Source: Planctomycetota bacterium (GTDB lineage Bacteria; Planctomycetota; JAJSAM01; JAJVHW01). Taken from it: a stretch of DNA of 64,000 bases. The position numbers and the translations under genes were made by a program. Below, piece after piece: positions 28,450-37,380 of this stretch (position 1 is the stretch's first letter; each line of letters starts with the position of its first letter). Below the pieces are notes generated by a model, which saw only the letters and a program-made list of their open reading frames with translations, was not told the origin of the DNA and searched no databases. The stretch lies in assembly GCA_965248445.1 (NCBI GenBank), contig CBDFJG010000003.1, positions 1,024,001 through 1,088,000 of the forward strand, given 5' to 3'.

Positions 28450-28953
28450 ATGGCCAACTTCAACAAGGTGCTCCTGATCGGCAATCTGACGCGCGATCCC
28501 GAGCTGCGCTTCGGCGGCGGCGGCGGGAGTGCGATCTGCAAGTTCGGGCTGGCCGTGAATCGCACGTTCACCACGAAGAGCGGTGAGCGCCAGGAGGACA
28601 CGTGCTTCGTCGACGTCGTCGTTTTCGGGCCGCAGGCGGAGACCTGCAACGAGTACCTCTCCAAGGGCCGGCCGGTGTTCATCGAGGGACGGTTGAACTT
28701 CAGCTCTTGGGAGGACCGCGAGACGGGGAAGCGCCGCTCCAAGCTGGAAGTCGTGGGCGAGCGCGTCCAGTTCCTCGGTGGTCGCGGCGAGGGCGGCGGT
28801 GGTCGCATGGGCGGTGGCGATCGCGGCGCAGATCGCGGATCAGATCGGGGCGGGTACGACCGAGCTCCCCGCCGAGAGCCGCAGTCCGAGCCGGCACAGA
28901 AAGCGGCGCCTGCGCCCGCACCCGGCATCGACTTCGACGACATCCCCTTCTAG
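28450..28953 (+). CDS. ssb: Single-stranded DNA-binding protein
   Basis: NKVLLIGNLTRDPELR, LSKGRPVFIEGRL, C-terminal DDIPF. Confidence 0.97.
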   Translation: MANFNKVLLIGNLTRDPELRFGGGGGSAICKFGLAVNRTFTTKSGERQEDTCFVDVVVFGPQAETCNEYLSKGRPVFIEGRLNFSSWEDRETGKRRSKLEVVGERVQFLGGRGEGGGGRMGGGDRGADRGSDRGGYDRAPRREPQSEPAQKAAPAPAPGIDFDDIPF

Positions 28954-28983
28954 TTACGGCTCCGCCGTAACTAGAAGGGGATG
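28941..28983. repeat. Perfect 20-bp inverted repeat overlapping the ssb stop
   Basis: CATCCCCTTCTAGTTACGGC-tcc-GCCGTAACTAGAAGGGGATG. Confidence 0.9.
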
Positions 28984-28988
28984 ATGTG

Positions 28989-29060
28989 TCCCTCCTACGC
29001 CGCCTCCGGCGGCTACGGAGGGCTGCGGTCACGGCGCTCGCTCCGCAAGCGCCGTGACCT
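28989..29060. repeat. REP-like dispersed palindromic repeat, copy B
   Basis: TCCCTCCTACGCCGCCTCCGGCGGCTACGGAGGG-CTGCGGTCACGGCGCT..AGCGCCGTGACC. Confidence 0.7.
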
Positions 29061-29206
29061 TCGCGATTCACGCAACGAGTGCGGTTGTTCACGCCGTCGA
29101 GCGCTGGCACGCGCTCATCGGGTCGCGGGCGTTCGGTCGCGCCGCCGCGTGGAAGTTGTGCGAGCACTGCAGCGTCGACACGGGCGTGTGACGGCTTGGT
29201 CCCGCA

Positions 29207-29848
29207 CTACTCCGTGATCGTCGGTGGCTTCCTCTGCAGGGCGCCGGGGCGGCGCTGTGCTTCCGCCATCGCTTGACGTGCCTCGTCCTGTCGTCCGGCC
29301 GCCGCCAGCAACCTGGCGCGGCGTTGCAGAGGCTCTTTGGCGAGGTCGTTGGTGGCGGCTGCGAGGCGGAACCAGTCGAGCGCTTCGCCGGCCCGGCCCT
29401 GGTTCTCGGCGAGGGCGCCCAGGTTGAACAGTGCGGGCGCGAACCCGGGGTCGGTTCGCACCGCGCGCACGAGCCACTCACGACCCTCGGCCGTGCGGCC
29501 CTGTTGCAGGTAGGTCATCGCCAGCGCGACGCCGGCGGCGGTGAGCGTCGGGTCGGACTCGAGGGCCTTCGTGTACGCCGCGCGCGCTGCGTCGAGGTTC
29601 CCGCGCCGCTCTTCGAGGTTGGCCAGGAACATCAGCGGATCGACGAAGCCGGGGCGTTCCTCGGCGGCTCGCGCGAGCAGTTCGGCCGCGCGATTGTCGT
29701 CGCCTGCCTGGGCTGCCGCGATCGCCTCGCGCACCGTCTCGACGGCCTGCTTCTCCGGCGTGGTCGAGCCGCAGGCCGCGGAGAGCAGGGCCGCGGCGAC
29801 GACCACGAGGGCCGCCCAACGGCTCTGGCATCCCCAACGGCCGCTCAT
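29207..29848 (-). CDS. TPR-repeat lipoprotein
   Basis: LSAAC lipobox; repeated LA..G..A..Y.KALE.DP helices. Confidence 0.8.
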   Translation of the reverse strand: MSGRWGCQSRWAALVVVAAALLSAACGSTTPEKQAVETVREAIAAAQAGDDNRAAELLARAAEERPGFVDPLMFLANLEERRGNLDAARAAYTKALESDPTLTAAGVALAMTYLQQGRTAEGREWLVRAVRTDPGFAPALFNLGALAENQGRAGEALDWFRLAAATNDLAKEPLQRRARLLAAAGRQDEARQAMAEAQRRPGALQRKPPTITE

Positions 29849-29950
29849 CGATTCCCAACCGCACTGGGAATCCAAACGGCTCTGGGAATCACAGAGGGGA
29901 GCCGGTGTGCGGCTCCCCTCCATTCGTGTCATCTCTTGGGGGCGTATCGG

Positions 29951-30718
29951 CTACTCGCCGCCCAGGCCCCGCTCCTCGAGCATCACGCGGTGGAGGTCCG
30001 CCCACGTGTCGTCGCCCATGACGTCGAACACGGGGTGGTGGTAGCCCATCACGTTGGCGATCAGACCGGGCGGGAACAGGCCGGCCGCGAAGTCGAGAAC
30101 CTCGACCGGGCTGGCTGCAGCGCGCGCGCCGATCGCGAGGATGTTGGCGTTGCCGCCGACCTCGGACCAGTCGTTGTCGGTGCGCTTGTCGCTCGACTTC
30201 TCGAAGAGGTCCCAGCCGGTGTACTTGTAGTCCTGACCGTGGACCGTCTTCGTGCCCCACTGCGGGGTGCGCTCGACCTCGATCCAGTAGAACGGACCGA
30301 GACCACGGTGGTTGCGGTGTTCGTCCCACACGCCCCACGTGCGACCACGCATGCCCCAGTGCGAGCCGTCCCACCAGCCGGTGCCGGCTTGAGCGAACTC
30401 GGTGAGGTGTGCGTTGACGCCGAAGCCGCGACCGAAGCCGATGTCCCACGACACGACGTCGAGCAGATCGAACCAGCGGTCACGTCCCCACACCCACAGC
30501 CAATTGACCGTGCCGGGGTAGTGCTCTTCGAAGCGCCGATCCACCTCTTCCTTGTCCGGCGCGCTGCGGAGCGGGTACTGCTCCTGCGTCGCCAGATCTC
30601 GGTGAGGATTCGGGTGCCCGAGCGGGTTCGGACTGTGCAACGGGCCGGTCAAGCAGCCCGGGAGCATCAGGCCGGCGGCCATTGTGCCCACGAGGAAAGC
30701 AAAGCCCTTGATGCGCAT
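29951..30718 (-). CDS. Hypothetical Trp/Gly-rich lipoprotein
   Basis: LPGC lipobox; RBS AAGGGAG; codon bias. Confidence 0.75.
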   Translation of the reverse strand: MRIKGFAFLVGTMAAGLMLPGCLTGPLHSPNPLGHPNPHRDLATQEQYPLRSAPDKEEVDRRFEEHYPGTVNWLWVWGRDRWFDLLDVVSWDIGFGRGFGVNAHLTEFAQAGTGWWDGSHWGMRGRTWGVWDEHRNHRGLGPFYWIEVERTPQWGTKTVHGQDYKYTGWDLFEKSSDKRTDNDWSEVGGNANILAIGARAAASPVEVLDFAAGLFPPGLIANVMGYHHPVFDVMGDDTWADLHRVMLEERGLGGE

Positions 30719-30976
30719 CGTTCTCCCTTCCGCGATTCACGCGGATCGGATGGAGCCACACGTCGACGCCCAGTGCCGACGAACGGGTCCTCCGGTTCCC
30801 AACTGCCCTAACGGCGCGAGACTCTAGCAAGGCTCCGGGAGGGGCGCAAACCCTGAATCTCGCGGATTCAACCGGTCCCTCGGGAGGGGCCGATATCAGA
30901 GGCAACTGCTTGTCTCGCAACCACTTTCGTGGATCGTGGGAGGGCGCTGTGGCGCGCAGACCGGAGGCGAGTGGCG

Positions 30977-31573
30977 ATGACCCAGGACGCGAAGTGGTGG
31001 GCCCATGAGACAGCAGTCGTGGACGACGGCGCCGAGATCGGTCCCGGCACCAAGGTGTGGCACTTCTCTCACGTCATGGCCGGGACCCGAATCGGCGCCG
31101 GCTGCAGCCTCGGCCAGAACGTGTTCGTGGCTCCCGGGACATCGCTCGGAAACAACGTGAAGGTGCAGAACAACGTCAGCATCTACGAGGGCGTCCACCT
31201 CGGCGACGACGTGTTCTGCGGACCGTCCATGGTTTTCACCAACGTCGTCAATCCGCGGGCGCACGTGTCGCGCAAGGACGAGTATCGCGAAACCCACGTC
31301 GGCCGCGGCGTGACGTTCGGTGCCAACTGCACCGTCGTCTGCGGTCACGACGTCGGGCAATTCGCGTTCGTCGCAGCGGGCGCCGTGGTGACGCGGAGCG
31401 TGCCCGACTATGCGCTCGTCGTCGGTGTGCCGGGCCGTGTCATCGGCTACATGTGCGACTGCGGATTGCGCCTGCCGGTGACCCCGTCCAACGCCGCGCA
31501 GTCGGTGGTCTGCGGACCGTGCGGTGCGGACTACGACTGGGACGGTCACGAACTTGCACGGCGGGGCGACTGA
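30977..31573 (+). CDS. WbpD/WlbB-like hexapeptide-repeat sugar N-acetyltransferase
   Basis: VWHFSHV, GQNVFV, KVQNNVSIY, FCGPSMVFTNVVNPR. Confidence 0.88.
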   Translation: MTQDAKWWAHETAVVDDGAEIGPGTKVWHFSHVMAGTRIGAGCSLGQNVFVAPGTSLGNNVKVQNNVSIYEGVHLGDDVFCGPSMVFTNVVNPRAHVSRKDEYRETHVGRGVTFGANCTVVCGHDVGQFAFVAAGAVVTRSVPDYALVVGVPGRVIGYMCDCGLRLPVTPSNAAQSVVCGPCGADYDWDGHELARRGD

Positions 31574-31606
31574 GTCCGGGGGGACGTCGGGGCTAGTCTC
31601 TCCAGC

Positions 31607-32500
31607 GTGCCAGATGAGATCGATCCCGCTGCGCTGGAGACGCTCCGCATCGGCTCGGCTGTCTTCGCGTTCCTGTTCGGCGCAGCTATCGGCTCGTTCC
31701 TGAACGTCGTCGCGCACCGGCTCCCGCTGGGACTCTCGATCGTCAAGCCGCGCTCGCGGTGCCCGGCCTGCCGCACCCCCGTGGCGTCGCTCGACAACCT
31801 GCCGGTCATCTCATGGGTCCTCCTCGGCGGACGCTGCCGAGGCTGTCAGGGCCGCATCTCGCCCCGTTACGCGATCGTCGAGTTGCTGATGGGCTGCATG
31901 ACGGTCCACGTTCTCTGGGTGCTCGTGCTGCACCCGGGAGCCGTCCTCGAGGTCGCCGCGTGGTTGCACTTCGCGGCGGCGACCGCGTTTGTCGCAGCGC
32001 TCTTGGCGGCCTCGCTGATCGACCTCGATCTGCGCATCCTTCCCGACAAGATCAACAAGCCGGGCATGGTGCTGGCGCCGGTCGTGGCGCTGTTCGTTCC
32101 GCGATTCGTCCTCGGCATTGGCGAGTCGCTGCCGGGGTGGTTGCCGGACGGCATCTCGTTACGCGTCGGCGCAGCGTTGTTCTCCGTGGCCGGGATCGCC
32201 GCGGGCGCCGGTGTGATCTGGCTGCTCGGCAAGGCCGGCAGCGCGGTGTTCCGCAAGGAGGCGATGGGCTTCGGGGACGTGAAGTTCCTTGGGCTCATCG
32301 GCGGTGTCGTCGGACCGCTTGGCGCGGTGTTGACGCTCGTTCTCGCGTCGTTCCTCGGAGCAGTGCTCGGCTTGATCCGCAAGCTGGTCACCGGCGACAG
32401 CTACATCCCGTTCGGTCCGTTCCTCGCTGCAGGCGCGTACGTCGTCTTGCTGCACCGCGCCGACATCGTCGACGCGTGGGTCGCGTTCGCGACCCGGTAG
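31607..32500 (+). CDS. pilD: Prepilin peptidase
   Basis: GSFLNVV, SRCPAC..GRCRGC, IDLD, MGFGDVK, PFGPFL. Confidence 0.93.
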   Translation: MPDEIDPAALETLRIGSAVFAFLFGAAIGSFLNVVAHRLPLGLSIVKPRSRCPACRTPVASLDNLPVISWVLLGGRCRGCQGRISPRYAIVELLMGCMTVHVLWVLVLHPGAVLEVAAWLHFAAATAFVAALLAASLIDLDLRILPDKINKPGMVLAPVVALFVPRFVLGIGESLPGWLPDGISLRVGAALFSVAGIAAGAGVIWLLGKAGSAVFRKEAMGFGDVKFLGLIGGVVGPLGAVLTLVLASFLGAVLGLIRKLVTGDSYIPFGPFLAAGAYVVLLHRADIVDAWVAFATR

Positions 32501-32641
32501 TTGCCGCGACACCGGCGACCACGCGAAACGACCGACTGCGCCGCGCGATTCGCCCGTTCCGTCCGTCAGCTTCTTCGTACACCGACACCACCATCCGTTG
32601 TGACCCTTTGACCGGGCAGCACAAGAAATAGTGTTTCCACC

Positions 32642-32670
32642 TTGACGGTCACCGGACGCTGCCTAATACT
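32642..32670 (+). promoter_or_regulatory. Putative sigma70 promoter
   Basis: TTGACG-16/17 nt-TAATACT with AT-rich upstream tract. Confidence 0.6.
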
Positions 32671-32990
32671 GGGGCCCGCAACGTGGGCAACTTCGGCCCA
32701 GGTGCGACCGGGAACGCATGGCGACGACTGGCTGGTGGATGCCGGCGAGAGTCAACCCAGCGCCCCCCGGTTCGGCGAGCCGTAGAGACGACGCCGAAGC
32801 ACCTGCAGGGACGCGCTCACCGAGCAGGAATGCGTGCGTGCAACGGATGGGGCAGCGGGCGGAGAGATCCGCCCCTGTGCGAAGAGTCGCTGGGACAGAA
32901 GTCTGAGTAAGCGCTCACAGTTCTCACTGTCAGGGAGGCGGTACTCACCGTCTCCGGGGCTGCGGGGCGCGTGCCGTCGGGAGGCCGAGA

Positions 32991-33857
32991 ATGCTGCGTC
33001 GAGGTTTGCTTTGTTTGAGTTTGCTCGCAGGTGTTGCGCTGAGCGCGTGTGCGACCACGTACACCACTGACGAGTACGACGACGTTCACGACATGCTGCT
33101 CGCCGCCACGCAGGAGCGCGACGAGTCTCTGATGCGCGAGGAGGGGCTGCGCAACCAGGTGTCGCAGGTGAACGCGCAGTACCAGCGCCTGTTGGCGGAG
33201 GGGCAGGCCAATCCGGCCGAGCTCGCGCGTTTGCAGCAGGAGGCCGCGAACGCGCAGTCGAAGCTCGCAGCCGCCGAGCAGGCCCGGCACGAGGCCGCAG
33301 CATCTGCCCGCAGCTACGCGGCCGAGGTCGAGCGACTCCGCCAGGAGGCGATTCGCACGCCCACGATCCCGGACAACACGGCCGAAATGGCGCGCTTGAA
33401 CGCAGAGGTCGTGCGCCTGAGAGCGATGGGCAAGATCGTCTCGCTCACGCCCGACGGCAACATCGAGATCGTCCTGCCGAGCGACGTCACGTTCTCCTCG
33501 GGGGAGGCGACTCTGACCAAGCGCGGTCAGCAGAGTCTGCGGACGCTGTCCACCACGCTCAACGGTGAGTACGCGCCGTTCTCGCTGCGCGTCGAGGGCC
33601 ACACGGACAGCCAGCCGCTCAAGCGCACGAGGCCCATCTGGGGCGACAACCGCGGTCTCGGGAGTGCCCGCGCACTCTCTGTGGTGCGCTTCATGGAGAG
33701 CGACATGCGGATCGAGCTCGGCCGCCTGGCCAGCTCATCGCACGGCATGCACCAGCCGCTCGCCGACAACAAGTCGAAGGCGGACCGTGCCAAGAACCGA
33801 CGCGTGAGCGTGATCGTGGTCATCCCGAAGGACCAGGCGCTCACCATGGCGAAGTAG
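32991..33857 (+). CDS. OmpA/MotB-family lipoprotein with coiled coil
   Basis: LSAC lipobox, VEGHTDS, RALSVVRF, KNRRVSV. Confidence 0.88.
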   Translation: MLRRGLLCLSLLAGVALSACATTYTTDEYDDVHDMLLAATQERDESLMREEGLRNQVSQVNAQYQRLLAEGQANPAELARLQQEAANAQSKLAAAEQARHEAAASARSYAAEVERLRQEAIRTPTIPDNTAEMARLNAEVVRLRAMGKIVSLTPDGNIEIVLPSDVTFSSGEATLTKRGQQSLRTLSTTLNGEYAPFSLRVEGHTDSQPLKRTRPIWGDNRGLGSARALSVVRFMESDMRIELGRLASSSHGMHQPLADNKSKADRAKNRRVSVIVVIPKDQALTMAK

Positions 33858-34298
33858 ACCGAACCGCACCACACCCGGCCTTGCCGGGGGGCTCGGTCCG
33901 TCTGGACGGGACCCCCGGGAACCGAACACAGGAACAACAGCCAGGGAGAACGACAGGTCCGATAGGGGGTGGAGAGAAATCTCCACATAGCTGCGTGTGC
34001 AGCGACCGGGGTTTGCGCCCCGGAATACAAGATTGACGAAGGGGGCGACTGCCTCCAAGCGGACCAGTCCCTCCGGCGAGGCCGGTGAAACAGAGAGCGA
34101 GCCCGACTCCCGATGGGGGCCGGGCTCGCTCGATTCCGGGGTGACCGAGAGCAGCAGCCGAAGCGCGGGGCCGGTCGCTCCGGGCTCACGCGAATCGCCG
34201 TGATGACGACCGCCGGGGGCGCATAAGATGTGCGGCCCGCTGGGCCGGAGGGTGTCACGCATGCCCACCCGGCCGGCAACCAGCCTCCGGGAGGACTC

Positions 34299-36338
34299 AT
34301 GGCAGACCGCTCCGCCTCGATTCGCAATCTCGCTCTCGTCGGGCACGGAGACGCCGGCAAGACGACGTTCGCCGAGCACGCCCTGCTGGCGGGCAAGGCG
34401 ATCAAGCGCGCCGGGTCGGTCCCCGACGGCTCGACGGTCTGCGACTGGGATGTCGACGAGAGGGAGCGGTGTCACTCGATCGACGCCACCCCGTGCCGCG
34501 TCGCGTGGCAGGGCACCACGGTGAACATCGTGGACTGTCCGGGGTACCCGGACTTCAGTGGTGGCGCGATCGTCGGCTTGTGGGCCATGGACACCGCCGT
34601 GCTGTTCGTGAACGCGGCGGGCGGGATGGGCGTCAACACCCGCCGGATGTGGCACGCGGCGGAGCGCCTCGGAAAGGCCCGCATGGTCGTCATCTCCCGT
34701 TGTGACGCCGACACGGCTGATCCTGAGGTGGTCTTGGCTGCGGTCCAGAAGGTGCTTGGCGCGAAGTGCCTGCCCGTGAACCTCCCGGACGGCAGGGCGG
34801 GGTCGTTCAAGAGCGTCGTCTCGTGCTTCGGCAGCACCGCCGAAGGCTCCCCGCTCTTCGGCGATGTGCAGATGGCGCACTCAGAGCTGGTCGAGGCGAT
34901 CGTGGAGACCGATGACGATCTCCTGGAGCGCTTTCTCGAGGGCGAAGAGCTCACGGATGCCGAACTCGCGGAGGGGCTCAAGGGAGCCATTATGGGCAGG
35001 CTGATCGTGCCTGTGCTCTTCACCGCAGCGGCCCAGAACGTCGGGGTCACCGAGTTCCTCGACTTCGTCGCCGCATACGCGCCGAGCGCTGCAACTCCCG
35101 TGGGAGCGAAGGCACTGACGCGGCGCAGTGCCGACGCCACGGTCATCGGAACCAGCGACGGACCGTTCCTCGCCAGCGTGTTCAAGATCACGTCCGACGT
35201 GCATGTGGGGAAGCAGTGCTTCCTGCGTGTGTGGCGGGGCTCCCTCCCGGCTAGCGGCGTCGTTTGGAACTCTGCCGGCGGCGGAGCGGTCAAGATCGCC
35301 CATCCCACACGGCCGCAGGGCAAGGACTTCGAGCCCGTGTCGAGCGTCGGTCCGGGCGATGTGTTCTGCATTGCGAAGATCGACGAGCTGAAGTTGTGCG
35401 CGAGCGTGGCGGACGAGTCCACCAAGGCGACCGTAGTATCTCCGCCATTCCGCAAGTCGATGGTCGCGGTCGCGGTCACCGCGAGGACTCGAGGCGAGGA
35501 TCACAAGATCTCGGCCGCGCTCGATCGCATCGCCGAGGAGGACCCGTCGTTCTCCGCTGAACGCAGTCACGAGACCAACGAACTCGTGATCGCAGGGCGA
35601 TCGAGCCTGCACCTCGACATCGTCCTGAAGCGCGTGAAGCGCCGCTTCAAGCTCGAGATGGACACCCACGTCCCGCGCGTGCCGCTCAAGGAGACCGTGA
35701 CGGCGAAGTCGCCGGGACACCATCGCCACAAGAAGCAGACCGGCGGGCGCGGTCAGTTCGGCGAGGTGTACTTGCGGATCGCGCCGCAGGAGCGCGGCGC
35801 CGGATTCGAGTTCGCGGACAAGACCGTCGGTGGGTCGGTGCCGAAGAACTTCATGCCCGCGATCGAGAAGGGCATCCGCGAGATCATGCAGAAGGGTGTC
35901 ATGGCCGGCTACCGCGTCGTGGACGTCCGCGTCGAGGTCTACGACGGCAAGCACCACCCTGTCGACTCGTCCGAGGCGGCGTTCAAGGTGGCGGGGGCCA
36001 GGGCGTTCCGCAACGCGTTCGACAAGGCCCGCCCGGTCCTGCTCGAGCCGATCATGGACGTGGAGATCGACGTCCCGTCGCGCTACCTCGGCGACATCAC
36101 CGGCGACCTCAATACGCGCCGGGGCCGCATCTCCGGCATGGACTCGCACGACGACCATCAGGTCATCAAGGCGAAGGTGCCGTTGTCCGAGGTCCAGACG
36201 TACTCGACCGACCTGCGTTCGATGACCTCCGGTGAGGGCTCGTACAACCTCGAGCCGAGCCATCTCGATGTGGTGCCGCAGCACATCGCGTCGAAGCTGA
36301 TGGCCACGTACGCAAAGCTGGCGAAGGGCGAGGAGTAG
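34299..36338 (+). CDS. Elongation factor G paralog (EF-G2-like)
   Basis: GHGDAGKTT, DCPGYPDF, KKQTGGRGQFGEV, VDSSEAAF, LLEPI; RGITI and NKMD degenerate. Confidence 0.9.
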   Translation: MADRSASIRNLALVGHGDAGKTTFAEHALLAGKAIKRAGSVPDGSTVCDWDVDERERCHSIDATPCRVAWQGTTVNIVDCPGYPDFSGGAIVGLWAMDTAVLFVNAAGGMGVNTRRMWHAAERLGKARMVVISRCDADTADPEVVLAAVQKVLGAKCLPVNLPDGRAGSFKSVVSCFGSTAEGSPLFGDVQMAHSELVEAIVETDDDLLERFLEGEELTDAELAEGLKGAIMGRLIVPVLFTAAAQNVGVTEFLDFVAAYAPSAATPVGAKALTRRSADATVIGTSDGPFLASVFKITSDVHVGKQCFLRVWRGSLPASGVVWNSAGGGAVKIAHPTRPQGKDFEPVSSVGPGDVFCIAKIDELKLCASVADESTKATVVSPPFRKSMVAVAVTARTRGEDHKISAALDRIAEEDPSFSAERSHETNELVIAGRSSLHLDIVLKRVKRRFKLEMDTHVPRVPLKETVTAKSPGHHRHKKQTGGRGQFGEVYLRIAPQERGAGFEFADKTVGGSVPKNFMPAIEKGIREIMQKGVMAGYRVVDVRVEVYDGKHHPVDSSEAAFKVAGARAFRNAFDKARPVLLEPIMDVEIDVPSRYLGDITGDLNTRRGRISGMDSHDDHQVIKAKVPLSEVQTYSTDLRSMTSGEGSYNLEPSHLDVVPQHIASKLMATYAKLAKGEE

Positions 36339-36383
36339 GGACCTGCGTCCCTAGTCGACCCTCTGCGCAGCGGACGCAAGAAG

Positions 36384-36408
36384 GTAGGGGCGGGGTTCCA
36401 ACCCCGCC
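36384..36408 (+). repeat. GTAG-type REP palindrome
   Basis: GTAGG-GGCGGGGTT-cc-AACCCCGCC. Confidence 0.6.
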
Positions 36409-36438
36409 GCCACAGGCCATCGCATGACACGGAGAACC

Positions 36439-36476
36439 AACACGGCCCGCCGTCTCGCGACGGCGGGCCGTGTCTT
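36439..36476. terminator. Bidirectional terminator-like hairpin
   Basis: ACACGGCCCGCCGTC-tcgc-GACGGCGGGCCGTGT between convergent genes. Confidence 0.75.
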
Positions 36477-36518
36477 GCTCAGGAAGCTGCGCTCAGGGAG
36501 CCGCGCTCGAGGGCCGGG

Positions 36519-37049
36519 TCAGTACCCGGTCTCTTCCTTGTGCTCGTTCCAGTACTCGTTCCAGTCGCCCTCCGGGCACGGTTCGCTGCAGCACGAGGTC
36601 GCGCCCCACAGCCAGTGGCCGAGGAAGCGGGGAAGAGCCAGGAGATCGCTGCTCGGCGCGTTGGGCGGTACGAACGGCGGCTTGGCCTGGAAGTCGTAGT
36701 GCGCGGCCTGGGCGTTGCTGTGCTCCGCGTGCCTGTCGTGACGCTTGTGGTGAACCTTCATCTCGGCGCACTTCCATGCGTCGATCGGGTTCAGGATCAG
36801 CGTGTCGCACAGGATGGAGAGCGGCAGCATCGCGATGGCCAGCGGCTGGACCGTGACCCAGTCCACGACCGTCTCTGCGAGTGGGTTCCACTCCTCGCAG
36901 TTCTCCGGAGCGCGGCAGATAGCGACTGCGTGCTCCTTGATGATATCGAAGTTCCAGTCGGTCATCTGCCGCCGCTGCGGGTGGAAAACCGTGCAACTCG
37001 GCAGCACCATGGACGCCAATACGGCGACCGCCAGAACAGTCCTCTTCAT
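36519..37049 (-). CDS. Hypothetical Cys/Trp-rich lipoprotein
   Basis: MKRTVLAVAVLASMVLPSC lipobox; GGAG RBS. Confidence 0.7.
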   Translation of the reverse strand: MKRTVLAVAVLASMVLPSCTVFHPQRRQMTDWNFDIIKEHAVAICRAPENCEEWNPLAETVVDWVTVQPLAIAMLPLSILCDTLILNPIDAWKCAEMKVHHKRHDRHAEHSNAQAAHYDFQAKPPFVPPNAPSSDLLALPRFLGHWLWGATSCCSEPCPEGDWNEYWNEHKEETGY

Positions 37050-37380
37050 CACCGGACTCCTTCCCTGAGCGATGGCTGGGGACGTCTCATGCCGCCCACC
37101 TCGCGATGCACTCTGCCCTTTGTGTGGCGCAGGATAGATAGGGGCCCGGACTCTATCCAGCACATTCCGGCAGGTCCCGCGGGCTCGCTCGCAGCCTCGA
37201 ATCCCAGGTAGCCGGGGCGTCCGGACGGGCGGCGACCGGCGCCGGTGCCCCCGGCCGGGGCACGAGGGGGGGCGTTCCCCGGCTCGCCACCGCGGCGCGA
37301 CGCTCAACTCCGGCCCCGTTCCCTCTCGATAGGGAGCGGCGGGACCGTGTTCACGGCCCGTGGTCCGGAGAACGAGCGCC

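Noticed and set aside
32699..32955. Lysine or c-di-AMP riboswitch assignment
   Set aside because: Only scattered short matches (AGGTGCG, GCCGAAG, ACTGTCA) with wrong spacing; left as an unknown structured leader
33990..34030. c-di-GMP-I riboswitch (GCAAA motif on minus strand; also near 30841)
   Set aside because: Paired GGCAAAC/GACGCAAAGC architecture and downstream stem are absent
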